The notes under the pieces were generated by a model, which saw only the letters and a list, made by a program, of their open reading frames with translations, did no database searches and was not told the origin of the DNA. Positions 30,801 to 40,553 of a DNA stretch of 64,000 nucleotides are shown piece after piece (position 1 is the first letter of the stretch; every line of letters begins with the position of its first letter). The position numbers and the translations under genes are program-made. Origin of the DNA: a virus (taxonomy: Duplodnaviria; Caudoviricetes); IMG/VR virus record IMGVR_UViG_3300032007_001727. One strand, written 5' to 3'.

Positions 30801-31118
30801 AGAATCGGTGATTTTTACTACACGAAAATTGTGATAAATCACATATCGTTACAGTATGACAGTACACAATGGGACTTGAATCCGGAAGGTATTGGCGTTA
30901 TGCCAATGTTTGCAAAAGTAACAATATCCTTCCAATTCTTGGGCGGAAGTGACTTGGCAGGACCGATATCTAGGTTGCAGAATGCAGTATCGTTCAACTA
31001 TTATGCCAATACTAGTGTATATGATAATAGGGCTGAGTTGGTAAATTATACCAATGATGGAAGCGGAAAAGAAACTAACTTTAGACCATTCGTCTATCCG
31101 AATATAAACCAAAAATAA
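27804..31118 (+). CDS. Baseplate protein with an OmpA-like peptidoglycan-binding domain
   Basis: RIMWFPPYDL.FSE, FIGRGEKIYTY; OmpA-like FEGHAS...YNEKLAENRA...WRSASV; FGRPPICVLRIGDFY. Confidence 0.7.
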   Translation: MASFIKELGSTLRQKTFDTLLNRDFISRSIGMNSSYEVIMLIVQALGHEPVSLLGKDFLYIYDHVRRNHNIGTNSINNEYNCPRFTFYKERPSIRFADVYNDPLNLLDKWMPDIIINDTSGKNELISYAESDDDLVNNREVRKAGNDIDTGNPGTSYGAVSSFEYKIDNSCDLLKKTNDNFRNGKYRTLIARFHTNSQDSKEYSETQSAISKYGMSHGRNLLKGSTDYKFGYDNPYCRVWTYFHQYNQMGRAIRPFDDDNETGKYGYKGIASFRAEKDEKFNNGQEGLGEYGVLNYRSGLVNIAPSNEDKVDIKKCMFSIENLAWRNKSTAFDTYDENGLSKEQKGPFGGRIMWFPPYDLSFSEDVRVNWNSNQFIGRGEKIYTYTDTERSGNLSFTMLIDHPSMIDYWEKRDSGANDKKSSGTDEFVIDRDEDQLLRFFAGCDVLNVKPQRYSNPKQVVVKKETDVATNSTVDEGDNGGKKTIQCVLYYPNNYSGIDDVINGPVDPILYLMNGVGAQKYIDVSDEDKIHKEIDIETTIKARPTVNGNSCGGYEVMESESSGISIVNAVLEKNYEVFQSTYAVKTGKTDLCGHYLTSSNGASAVEVSYGNDSYILAKQLYRNKEGYAIFRDGTHQIIPTSKSDLTKYYYNNWYYRVDKEYEKQVLTHDDSYLDVNSKGLNSKHGYKKLINDAETAKAFGFDKDTTTLISFVDLFIALGDETAKNLLGDYSEPSNVDRVKAIMGVGSSSKYKITSINFEGHASLQGYNKTTGEEIYNEKLAENRAETLKRWLKTHFKNDAVINGTVKSKKQESNGQNHINIGGNSELSTKLWRSASVIIEYEEIGISDASVMKDSTDDSYSISIPNKESSPQESIVMIQDNGSNGGIPNRTLNTIINTTQSDDNTMNAEETDTEPIVKRYDNEGEFFKKLSKNDAFLHHLIKDKIKYFDPAFHSISPEGFGARLTFLHQCTRQGPTVGNSDQGSLTAYNLSFGRPPICVLRIGDFYYTKIVINHISLQYDSTQWDLNPEGIGVMPMFAKVTISFQFLGGSDLAGPISRLQNAVSFNYYANTSVYDNRAELVNYTNDGSGKETNFRPFVYPNINQK

Positions 31119-31119
31119 C

Positions 31120-31443
31120 ATGACATCATATAACAGATACAAATCTTTCATAACGAACGGCACCTTTAAAAAAGTGCCGTTCATAGAGGTTCCGGCCCAT
31201 AACACTGACATATACGTAAACTATGAAGTCGGAAGGACTAGATTGGACTTGTTATCATATCAGTATTATGGGAACCCGAATTACGGGTGGCTGATATTAC
31301 AAGCAAACCCTAGTGTCGGTTCTTTAGAGTTCAGAATACCGAACAACACTAGACTAAGAATACCATACCCATTGGAGAATTCAATTCAAGGTTACGAGGC
31401 TAATATTAAGAGATATAATAACTTATATGGTTTAAATGATTAA
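31120..31443 (+). CDS. LysM/gp53-like baseplate wedge protein
   Basis: RLDLLSYQYYGNPNYGWLILQANP...LRIPYPL. Confidence 0.8.
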   Translation: MTSYNRYKSFITNGTFKKVPFIEVPAHNTDIYVNYEVGRTRLDLLSYQYYGNPNYGWLILQANPSVGSLEFRIPNNTRLRIPYPLENSIQGYEANIKRYNNLYGLND

Positions 31444-31448
31444 AAAAT

Positions 31449-34400
31449 ATGCCAAATCCACATGCAAGTGTAAACTACGTTGAACCAAATTTGACCCCGT
31501 TTAATTCAATGTCCGGAGATATGAAGTATGACAGAATTCCGGACTTGGAGGACTATTCGATATATTTGAATATAGGGGTAGAAGTTTGTAGTAGGAAAAA
31601 CATATCAAACGACAATAAAATCACCAAGGAGGTCATCATTATGGAGTATCGCGCTTCAAAGAATGATGACAAGGGTGTTGTTAACTTTATGGGCGGTACT
31701 AGGATGGAAACCCAAGATAAAGACAGCAATGGTGTCAATTATTTGACATCAAACTATGCTGATATGTATGTCGATGACTTGATAGACTATGGCACAACTG
31801 AAATGATTGGTATCAAGAGCCTAGATATAGAATACAAGAAGGCTTGTGTGCCCATAATCAATATAAAATTTACCGATGTAAGGGGGCTTTCACTGTTTCA
31901 GCCCACTGAATTGAATAGAAGCAATTCATATTTTGGTATTGGTGGGTTAAGTTCGGACAACATTGCACAGTCATTTTTCCAATGTTTCTTCATGGTACCT
32001 CCACCAAGATTTACAATGACCATTAAGGGGTTTTACGGTAAACCGGTCACATATGAGGTCTTATGTGACAAATTTGAGACTAGTTTTAATTCTGAAACCG
32101 GTGATTTTGACGTTGACACTAGGTTTATAGGGTACACGTATTCGTTTATGACCGATATTGTAATAGATGCATTATTGGCCGCTCCTTATTCTGACTATGG
32201 CGGCAGGGATGAGTCGGATACATACAACAACTATTGGCAGCAACAAATTGAATCCGGCCGTTTTACAATACCAAACAAGGAAAAGACCAAAATGGACAAT
32301 ATGCCGACACTTCTTGAAATATATAACACTGTCAAAAGCATTATGTCCACAAAGAGCGGTGTTACAAACGCCATAGATGACGAAGAGTTGAACCACAAGA
32401 ATGAAATATCAAAACTAGCATTAATAAAGGAATCATTTGATGAATGGTATGAAACTCTTTATAACGAGTGTGTAAATAAATTCGGAAAGGAATATTGTTA
32501 TCTGTTCAAGAGTACCGGCTATTATTACAGATTACTCATTTTAACCACCAACAACACAGATTCTAGTGCAAATACACTGTCAAGCGTGTATGATACATTT
32601 AGTGATAAGTTCAAGAGTCTCAATCAAGACTTGAATACAACCATAAGTGAATTTAACACGTCAAAGGACAAGTTCATGACTCTCAGTGGTGTATCCTCTG
32701 ATTTTTCAGCATACAAGATTTTTTCATTATTCAATGCAATAACACTTATGTATGACGGAACACTGAAATTTAATGGTTTTAGTTCAACGTGTAATTTACC
32801 TAGGGAGGAAGTGTATGCAAAACTGAATAGTGAAAATAAGAATTTATTTGAGTTGATATACAATGACGGAACTAACCAATATCTGAATTGTTATGTTGTC
32901 AATGTCGACTATAGTATGATAGTGAATAGGATAAATTCATTACAGTTGGATGCAAACAAGAGTTCAGAGGAAAAGGAAATGGAGCGTAAAAGGAAAGCCA
33001 TTAACGAGGAAATGTTCAAACGTCTTAATTGGTATCCTTCCGTATCTAATTTCAGCAAAATAATGATTGCGCACTTGGAAACCTTTATGAAGCAACTATA
33101 TGATTGTGTGAACAAGTGTGGTGACAGAAGGGCAAGTCAGTTGGGTGTGGATGCCAATGGCAACCTAGACATGAAAAGTATCGACAAAGACCCTCAGATA
33201 CCTCCATTCCCTAGGGTTTATAAGAGTAAGATGGGTGATGACCGTTTGGTCACAAATGAAGATATTTGGGTTGGAGAATTCACGGACGGAATCGGTTTTG
33301 AGGAGGTTAATTTCATTAACGGCTTGTTAAATGGTGCTTCAAAGGTCAACAATGAGTATAAATCTAGCGCACAGCAATATGGTGAGGCGAGCAGAGAATT
33401 ACGCGGGTCATATAACGGAGAGACATTTATGACACATCCGTTGTCATCTTTTGACCTATACACAAATAAACCGGTATATGACTTTGCCGGTGACATATCA
33501 GATGGTGTTCCAAACGGTTATGTATTGGCCGGAAAGATTGCCATCAGAATGTTTAATATCCTAGCCGTGAACTATTTCAAGAAGGAGTTGGGTGATTTGT
33601 TTGACAATAATATCGGTAGGATTGGTGCAATTGAGGCGGATAATTTCTTCGATACGACTAGGATTACCAATAAAAAATTAATGGAAATGATTTCTAACCA
33701 CACTTTCAATTCAGCGAGTGTGATAGACATTATAACCAATAAGAGTAGTGACCATCCTTGGGGCAACGAACCATTGTTCAAACCGGGGGATGACTTGGTT
33801 TTCAACCGTTATTATGTTGATAAGTTGAAGGAAAAGTTTTATATTTTCCCAATACAAGATATTTCATTTGAAAAACTTGATGAGACGCTTAAAATGGTGA
33901 GCCAAGAAGGAAAACTGACCAATTCTAACGGAAGTATATCATTAACTAAGATTCCTTCAAACATAGTGGATAAATATGTCAATGAAGATGACTCATTCGG
34001 ATATGGTTCTACCTTGATACTTGATAACCGGTCGATAATAGAGGACAAGATTAATTCGGCGAACACATACCCTAGCGATAATTATTATCAAATCTATTCA
34101 GCCATACAATCCGCAACATCCTATGATGAGCAGTTTGCCATGACTTTCATACATACGAACAATGAAGATGGAAAGGCATCATCCGTTACAACCAAGATAC
34201 CGACAGATGGCATTAGAAGTATGCGGCCGATTACAGAAAGTGATGACGTTGCCAAGGTGAAGGTCATTAACAATAAGGGTGAGGAGGATATAATCGACTT
34301 AATTAATACTACGTCATATAACTTCTCTAGTTTGACAATAACTGAAATCTTCGGTATTCATAAAAATTCCTTTAACTTGGACAAGAGCAACAGTTTCTAT

Positions 34401-37400
34401 TCTTGTGCCCTTAAAAAATTTAGGGAGGGGAAATGTATGCTATATCTTGGCCTTGGTGTCGGTGGGTACAAGTTTGAGGCTGAAGTGATGTTGTTGGCTG
34501 AGGCATTAATATGTATTGAATTGAACAATTCGGCAATTGTGGATTATTTGCGTAACCCGCACACCGTCACATATGTCCCTAGAATAGTCGCATTGCAGAT
34601 TGGTGCGTTGATATTCGTCACCGGCGGAATTCATGGTCCGACGAATAAATCTCGCGTATTAAATACTCAAGTTGGCTTGTGGAATTATGCCAAGTCGCTT
34701 AGTAAGATGGCAAAACACCAATATGAAAAATATTTCATAGATTGGATTACTGCACATAAAGCATATACTAAGGAAATATTCGATGAGAGCAATTATCTCA
34801 AAACGGATGATAATTCATCTAGAATGATTCTCAACCAAAACAAGCCATTCGTAAAAGAATTTACGAACGAACTGCTTCATGTGGTATGCATCGTCCGTCT
34901 TTCTCAGATGTACGATAACACCAATGACAATTACAGATTAAGCATAGGTAATGTGAGGTCTTATTTAGACGGGTTCTTGGAACGATTGGCAGAATTGTAT
35001 AATTCATATACGAACAACAATAACAGCGCAGAGAATTCAATCATAAAGACCTCGAAGGAACCGTCCATAGTAAATGTGGAAATGAAAAAGGAACTCTACA
35101 GATACATTAAGCAAATCTATGATAAATGGGTACCGATGTCATCCTTTGATGATTGGACCATAGAGTCATTCTTTAACACTAGCAGTGGCGAAACTGAGGG
35201 TCATAAGTTCTATTTCATAGACTCGTACTATAATGATATAGGGCATAAGTTATTGATAAATCCTCTTGTAATATCTGAAAAAATCGGAATATTACTATCA
35301 ACTCCGGATATTAATTCAATGATGCTAGGATTTATGGCTGATATGTTTTCGGCAAACAAGGCAATGTTCTTGACCATACAGAATTTCTTTGACTTAAAAC
35401 AACCTGGTTCAATGGATGAAATGTTTAAGCCGATACCATATGTTGACTTGTCAATGAATAAGGTCAATAGGTATCCTAGTTTTGTCGTGGTTTATCCGTA
35501 TCAGCCTTCAAAAAACTTGGATGTAACAAACGGTGAATATAAGAATGACGGCTTCATGCTCAATGATGAGAATGAGACACCGATTGCAATTAGGACAAAG
35601 TTAAACAACGAAGACGGACACTACAGAATACCGGCATTCGGTGTGGCTTACGGTAAGCAGTATCAGAGTTATTTCAAGAGGGTAAACGTGAATATGCAGA
35701 GTCCAATAGCAACGGAACAAGCGATAAGGATGAAGCATTCCATAATTCTTGGTCATGCGACAGCGGGAAAAATGGGCATAAAATCCCAAGACATGTATGA
35801 CATATATGCTTCTAACTCATACACTTGTACAGTTGAAATGATGGGTTGTGCATGGGTTCAGCCATTGATGTATTTTGTGTTATTGAACGTACCAATGTTT
35901 AGGGGTTCATATTTGGTCTTGAGTGTAAAACATTCGATGAGACCGGGTGATATGACAACAACCTTCACCGGATGCAGGATGTCAAACGTATCAAACACGT
36001 TGGTAAGTGAAATATTCACGGATGACATGATTGATTCAGCAGACATACAATACTATGAAAGTGAGAAAAAAGAAGAATTGGCGGCAAAGGTTGATAATGA
36101 CTGCCCGTATAAGGTGTATAATTTAAAGGACACGGCAAAGAAGATGACTGAAGCGGAACTCAAAAAGGGTGTTGAATTAATGGGAAAATTAAGTGAAGAC
36201 TTTCCCCCAATCGCCGCTGCCGGTATTGTCGGAAATATGTTCCAAGAGTCTAGATTTAACTATAAAGCATGTAACAAAGACAATAATGGTTATTTTGTCG
36301 GTGGCTTATTCCAATGGAATGATAAATATTGTAATCTAACAAGAATGTGTGATGGTGATTCTAATAACTATGGACAACCCGGTGGTACAAGGAAATTCAA
36401 AACATTAGATGAAGTACGTAATGAATTAAATTCAACAACACAAAGCGAGGATTATCAAATAGATTTCATGAAGAAAACGTTAAAACCATCTGCTCGTGAG
36501 GCATTAAGCGTGTCTACTAGTCCGTCTGATTCGGCTAAAAAGTTTAATGATGCATATGAAATTGGCTCAAGTGAGAATAATAGGATGAATTACGCCGAAC
36601 AAGTGTATGCCTTCTATCAGTCACAGTCTTCTGACAAAGTTGTTGATTCTTCGTTTGATAATACAAAGGAAAAACTCCTATACAACAGATTCTTTGAAGT
36701 TGTAAATAAGTCTGCAAAGGAAACACCTTCCATTGGTTTGGAACTTGTAAGCGGAATAACAGACAACAATTACTTGGAAATAAAGCAAGCAAACGGTAGG
36801 TGTGACAAAATGTGTAATGTTTTGGATTTAATTCTAAACAGTGAATACTACAATTATGTCAAAGAATTGAAATCCGTTTATTCTAACGGAGGCTTAAATG
36901 TTGATTCTTCACCCACGGCTATATATTGTTTATTATCCAATACGGTTGAACCAAACAATAAATCCGTGGTTGTTGAGGTAAATACGGAAAAACAAGTTAG
37001 GGAAATCCCAACCGGTGACGGAAGTTCAAATTCATTATTGCTGAAGTCTTTGGCAAAGAGGAGGAAGAAACTAAATAATGACAAATACTTTAAATCAGAA
37101 GTAAAACAAATAAAAGATATTAGCGCTTTGGATAAATATATGTGTAATGATTGTGCTTCTCAGACGAGAAATGATGGTTGGACCGGTTCATTGAAGGGTT
37201 ATAACGGTAATGTTAAAAAGGGTTCAGACCTTTATATCATACTTGATGTTGAGCATGATGGGCTTGCATTAGATTATTTGAATTCCGATAAACTTAAAAA
37301 TAATTACAAACTTTTGAGAGAAAGTGTAAGTGGGTCGGCTGCGTATCGTGGGTGCTGTACTTCCGGTCCAAGCACATGGTATGGTCGGGTCAAAAGATTC

Positions 37401-37793
37401 CAAGGAAAAGGTAAAAGTCTTCTTTGGTGGAATAATAAAGACGTAACTGATAGTGACCATAATACAACCGGCAAGAATTTCAAAGACAGAGGTTTTATTT
37501 TAGTTTGGCATGGAGGATTAAAGGACGCTGAAAAATTATCAAATAGTTTGTTCTGTCCGGGTGACATTGCCACATTCCATGTGTATAACGGAAAGAAATC
37601 TACATCACATGGTGTTATGTGGACCGGTAAAGATTGGCGTAGCGATTGTATACAAAACTCTTTATCGTGTTATAAAACAAACGGCAAGGATAGAGACGGC
37701 AAATATTCGGTATGTATATGGAGACACGAAGGTTTAATCCGTGAAGGTCTTGATGTTGACAATGTTGATGATTTACTTAAAGAAGTCTCTTAA
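31449..37793 (+). CDS. Large baseplate hub / tail-associated lysin (phage-tail lysozyme plus C-terminal Cys-His amidase-like domain)
   Basis: Hub-like YTCTVEMMGCAWVQPLMYF.L.NVPMF.GSY; AAAGIVGNMFQES...GLFQW...FNDAYE...NRMNYA; C-terminal GCC...PGDIA...HGVMWTGKDWRSD. Confidence 0.75.
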   Translation: MPNPHASVNYVEPNLTPFNSMSGDMKYDRIPDLEDYSIYLNIGVEVCSRKNISNDNKITKEVIIMEYRASKNDDKGVVNFMGGTRMETQDKDSNGVNYLTSNYADMYVDDLIDYGTTEMIGIKSLDIEYKKACVPIINIKFTDVRGLSLFQPTELNRSNSYFGIGGLSSDNIAQSFFQCFFMVPPPRFTMTIKGFYGKPVTYEVLCDKFETSFNSETGDFDVDTRFIGYTYSFMTDIVIDALLAAPYSDYGGRDESDTYNNYWQQQIESGRFTIPNKEKTKMDNMPTLLEIYNTVKSIMSTKSGVTNAIDDEELNHKNEISKLALIKESFDEWYETLYNECVNKFGKEYCYLFKSTGYYYRLLILTTNNTDSSANTLSSVYDTFSDKFKSLNQDLNTTISEFNTSKDKFMTLSGVSSDFSAYKIFSLFNAITLMYDGTLKFNGFSSTCNLPREEVYAKLNSENKNLFELIYNDGTNQYLNCYVVNVDYSMIVNRINSLQLDANKSSEEKEMERKRKAINEEMFKRLNWYPSVSNFSKIMIAHLETFMKQLYDCVNKCGDRRASQLGVDANGNLDMKSIDKDPQIPPFPRVYKSKMGDDRLVTNEDIWVGEFTDGIGFEEVNFINGLLNGASKVNNEYKSSAQQYGEASRELRGSYNGETFMTHPLSSFDLYTNKPVYDFAGDISDGVPNGYVLAGKIAIRMFNILAVNYFKKELGDLFDNNIGRIGAIEADNFFDTTRITNKKLMEMISNHTFNSASVIDIITNKSSDHPWGNEPLFKPGDDLVFNRYYVDKLKEKFYIFPIQDISFEKLDETLKMVSQEGKLTNSNGSISLTKIPSNIVDKYVNEDDSFGYGSTLILDNRSIIEDKINSANTYPSDNYYQIYSAIQSATSYDEQFAMTFIHTNNEDGKASSVTTKIPTDGIRSMRPITESDDVAKVKVINNKGEEDIIDLINTTSYNFSSLTITEIFGIHKNSFNLDKSNSFYSCALKKFREGKCMLYLGLGVGGYKFEAEVMLLAEALICIELNNSAIVDYLRNPHTVTYVPRIVALQIGALIFVTGGIHGPTNKSRVLNTQVGLWNYAKSLSKMAKHQYEKYFIDWITAHKAYTKEIFDESNYLKTDDNSSRMILNQNKPFVKEFTNELLHVVCIVRLSQMYDNTNDNYRLSIGNVRSYLDGFLERLAELYNSYTNNNNSAENSIIKTSKEPSIVNVEMKKELYRYIKQIYDKWVPMSSFDDWTIESFFNTSSGETEGHKFYFIDSYYNDIGHKLLINPLVISEKIGILLSTPDINSMMLGFMADMFSANKAMFLTIQNFFDLKQPGSMDEMFKPIPYVDLSMNKVNRYPSFVVVYPYQPSKNLDVTNGEYKNDGFMLNDENETPIAIRTKLNNEDGHYRIPAFGVAYGKQYQSYFKRVNVNMQSPIATEQAIRMKHSIILGHATAGKMGIKSQDMYDIYASNSYTCTVEMMGCAWVQPLMYFVLLNVPMFRGSYLVLSVKHSMRPGDMTTTFTGCRMSNVSNTLVSEIFTDDMIDSADIQYYESEKKEELAAKVDNDCPYKVYNLKDTAKKMTEAELKKGVELMGKLSEDFPPIAAAGIVGNMFQESRFNYKACNKDNNGYFVGGLFQWNDKYCNLTRMCDGDSNNYGQPGGTRKFKTLDEVRNELNSTTQSEDYQIDFMKKTLKPSAREALSVSTSPSDSAKKFNDAYEIGSSENNRMNYAEQVYAFYQSQSSDKVVDSSFDNTKEKLLYNRFFEVVNKSAKETPSIGLELVSGITDNNYLEIKQANGRCDKMCNVLDLILNSEYYNYVKELKSVYSNGGLNVDSSPTAIYCLLSNTVEPNNKSVVVEVNTEKQVREIPTGDGSSNSLLLKSLAKRRKKLNNDKYFKSEVKQIKDISALDKYMCNDCASQTRNDGWTGSLKGYNGNVKKGSDLYIILDVEHDGLALDYLNSDKLKNNYKLLRESVSGSAAYRGCCTSGPSTWYGRVKRFQGKGKSLLWWNNKDVTDSDHNTTGKNFKDRGFILVWHGGLKDAEKLSNSLFCPGDIATFHVYNGKKSTSHGVMWTGKDWRSDCIQNSLSCYKTNGKDRDGKYSVCIWRHEGLIREGLDVDNVDDLLKEVS

Positions 37794-37797
37794 TAAT

Positions 37798-37828
37798 TTT
37801 GTTTTTTAGCATTTTTTATATATTTTTG
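37798..37828 (+). promoter_or_regulatory. Bacteroidota-type promoter
   Basis: TTTG at 37798, TATTTTTG at 37821. Confidence 0.6.
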
Positions 37829-37843
37829 CATAAAATGTGAAAA

Positions 37844-38434
37844 ATGATGAAAATATTAGGCTATATTGTTTCCGAAAAAAAGATAAAAGGATTGGATTTT
37901 TGTGTTAAACAAGTTGATAATATCGGGCTTGCAGACAGAAGCAAGCCCGTATTAATCGTTGGTTGGGACAAGGCAAAGGAACAAGGGGACTATACCAACA
38001 TTTTAAATAAAAAATTAGGTGATAACTTGTTTTGGACTTTCGGAAAAACAGAAAGTCGCTCAGACTTTGAACTCGATTTGTCTAATTTTTATAATTATAT
38101 ATATAATAATATAATAAATAATATTAAGTATATTAATATTAATATTTTTAAGATAAAATATAATAAAATAAAAAAAATATTATATTATATATTATATTCT
38201 AAAGAAGATAAGACTATTTATATTAATAATGGGATGTTATATATACCATTTAAGGGCGATATTATAGGTGTTTCGTTGAGAATTATGGAATACTGTGGGA
38301 TGAAAGAAGAAAAAATACTTAAGAAATTAACTTCAAATCCACATAATAAAATTTGTGACAACACAAGCAAGTCCATCCTTAAACTTTCAAATCGCCTAGG
38401 AAATAATAAGTACGTTATACCGTACTTAGTATGA
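37844..38434 (+). CDS. Hypothetical protein
   Basis: 196-aa ORF with a very AT-rich N/I/Y/K middle section. Confidence 0.7.
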   Translation: MMKILGYIVSEKKIKGLDFCVKQVDNIGLADRSKPVLIVGWDKAKEQGDYTNILNKKLGDNLFWTFGKTESRSDFELDLSNFYNYIYNNIINNIKYININIFKIKYNKIKKILYYILYSKEDKTIYINNGMLYIPFKGDIIGVSLRIMEYCGMKEEKILKKLTSNPHNKICDNTSKSILKLSNRLGNNKYVIPYLV

Positions 38435-38449
38435 ATAAAATTTGAAAAA

Positions 38450-38857
38450 ATGACACTAAAAGGTAATATAATAGGAATTTTTATTAAGAAAAATAGAATA
38501 CTTTCATTTTTAGAAACCCTAAAACACAAATATGGTGTCGGATACGATAAAATTTTTGTACATGAAATAGACACCAATAAATACGAATACCTTGTGACCT
38601 TCAAGGTCTTTGACAAGGAAAAATTCATTAAAGAGATACCCGGATGTTCCGTGATGCACGTCAAAAACAAGTGCTTTTTCTCAATAAACGCATTAAATAA
38701 ACTCATTGAAACGGAAAAGGATAACTCAAACCAACCTAATAATGAATATGTTATCGATTGGGATAATTTAAAAAATAAGTTAATTATAACTTCAAATAAT
38801 GAATTATCAATTTCTAATTTGACCAAAATAGACGATTTTTGTTATTTTTTCAAGTAA
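38450..38857 (+). CDS. Hypothetical phage protein
   Basis: 135 aa, FSINALNKLI...IDW motif. Confidence 0.7.
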   Translation: MTLKGNIIGIFIKKNRILSFLETLKHKYGVGYDKIFVHEIDTNKYEYLVTFKVFDKEKFIKEIPGCSVMHVKNKCFFSINALNKLIETEKDNSNQPNNEYVIDWDNLKNKLIITSNNELSISNLTKIDDFCYFFK

Positions 38858-38923
38858 AATAGTTCAATAATTCTTAAAATTTATAGATAATATACTATTT
38901 ATAGGAGAAAAAATCTTTATATA

Positions 38924-39184
38924 ATGGGAAAATTCATACTTAAGCATATTGATAACAGAAAACCGCAAGTAACTAGGACTGAAAGTGCTAGCGATTCAAA
39001 TAATAAAATTAATGAAGTTGTTATGACTACAAGTGAAAAAATAGCAATTGCCCAAGAGGTACTTAACGGGCAACCCCAAGCACACAGTGTAAAGAAAGTG
39101 AAAAAGGACAGGGGTCTTATAGAGAGAACGGAGAGTTCAAAGATTGTTCTTACAGAAGATAATAAGGAATTATTGAACGATTAG
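38924..39184 (+). CDS. Hypothetical protein
   Basis: 86 aa with an upstream CTATTTATA motif. Confidence 0.7.
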   Translation: MGKFILKHIDNRKPQVTRTESASDSNNKINEVVMTTSEKIAIAQEVLNGQPQAHSVKKVKKDRGLIERTESSKIVLTEDNKELLND

Positions 39185-39191
39185 TATAGAT

Positions 39192-40040
39192 ATGGCAACC
39201 AACGTAAAATATCTTAAAGAGAATAACTTATATGATGCGCACAAGCATTTCATGGAATTGAGTGAAGCATATCAATATTTTCCGGAAGACTTGGAAGAGG
39301 CTGATGACGATATGAACCAAAATCCAATGGATAACCAAGACCCAAACGGAATGGGTGGTGACATGGGTATGCCCCAAGACCAAAACGGAATGGGCGGACC
39401 ACAAGACCCTAATGGCATGGGCGGCGATACGGGTATGCCACAAGACCAAAACGGTATGGGTGGTGACATGGGTATGCCCCAAGATGACCCAAACGGTATG
39501 GGCGATGATATGGGTATGTCTCAACAAGGCGGTCTTGACACCCCTCCAATGGGTGAGATTGAAGACGATGTCCAAAAGGAGGATGAACCTAGTGACACTA
39601 TCGACATAGATGACCTTACCAAGGCGCAAGAAAAGTTGAATGTCAAACAGAACCACGTAGGAAGGGATTTGGTAAAGGTTGACAATAAGATAGAGAAACT
39701 TATTGACACTCTTACCACGTTGCTGCATAAGGTTGATGACAATAACACTGAGATTGAAGCACTCAAGGCCGAGTTCGAGAAGAGAAACCCGACACAGACG
39801 GAGAAGTTGAATCTCCGTTCATTGGATTCTTACCCATTCAGCGTCAAGCCAACGGATTATTGGTCCAAGAAGGCACTTGAGGGTGGTTATGAGGTCTATG
39901 CCGATAATGATGAGCCGACAACGAAGGAATATGTCATCACCAACAATGACGTTGATAATCCTTCGGATGACATAGCAAATACCTTTTTCAACATTGATGA
40001 CGATGATATTCAGACATTATCAAAAATTTTCAACATATGA
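39192..40040 (+). CDS. Acidic coiled-coil protein with Met/Gly repeats (possible prohead/scaffold-associated)
   Basis: NGMGGDMGMPQD repeats, coiled coil, EKLNLRSLDSYPF motif. Confidence 0.65.
   Translation: MATNVKYLKENNLYDAHKHFMELSEAYQYFPEDLEEADDDMNQNPMDNQDPNGMGGDMGMPQDQNGMGGPQDPNGMGGDTGMPQDQNGMGGDMGMPQDDPNGMGDDMGMSQQGGLDTPPMGEIEDDVQKEDEPSDTIDIDDLTKAQEKLNVKQNHVGRDLVKVDNKIEKLIDTLTTLLHKVDDNNTEIEALKAEFEKRNPTQTEKLNLRSLDSYPFSVKPTDYWSKKALEGGYEVYADNDEPTTKEYVITNNDVDNPSDDIANTFFNIDDDDIQTLSKIFNI
39336..39520 (+). repeat. Coding tandem repeat QD(P/Q)NGMGG(DMGMP)
   Basis: Five imperfect copies of CAAGACCAAAACGG.ATGGG.GG. Confidence 0.75.
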
Positions 40041-40411
40041 GGAAAGTAATACTTAGAGAGGAATCATATAATCATTTGATTAACGAAATAACTTATGGAA
40101 TGGTTGATAGGGCTTATGAAAGGTCTTATCAACTGTTCGATGACTTGTCCACTAGGTTTGACGAGTTCTATTCATCATTGAACGAGGCGTTATACAATTC
40201 AGAAGACGGTAATCCGTATTTAAGTCAAATCAAGGAACTTGCAGACAATATCCGTGATATCCTTATTAAAAAGGATTCACAGCGTGACAAGTTCAACAGA
40301 GAGGCATCAAAGGTCGATTTCCGTAAATTCAACAGAAGCGAGGAATCCAATGAGAATGACATGGATGACTTGGACTTGACTTATTTGCAGAACAAATATC
40401 CAAAGCATTAA
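40037..40411 (+). CDS. Hypothetical protein, possible head-internal protein
   Basis: MRKVILREESYNHLINE leader; ATGA overlap with the upstream gene. Confidence 0.7.
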   Translation: MRKVILREESYNHLINEITYGMVDRAYERSYQLFDDLSTRFDEFYSSLNEALYNSEDGNPYLSQIKELADNIRDILIKKDSQRDKFNREASKVDFRKFNRSEESNENDMDDLDLTYLQNKYPKH

Positions 40412-40454
40412 CTCAAAAAATTTGAGTTAATGTAAGGATTTTTTTACAATTTTT

Positions 40455-40486
40455 TTTGTTTTTTTAACATTTTTTATATATATTTG
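40455..40486 (+). promoter_or_regulatory. Bacteroidota-type promoter
   Basis: TTTG at 40455, TATATTTG at 40479. Confidence 0.7.
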
Positions 40487-40553
40487 CACAAAGATAACTT
40501 AAGTACGTTTTGACGTACATTTAAAATAATTTTATAATAATTTAATTTTTTTT

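Noticed and set aside
39336-39520. Repeat tract as a second CRISPR array
   Set aside because: In-frame coding repeats with synonymous variation and no unique spacers.
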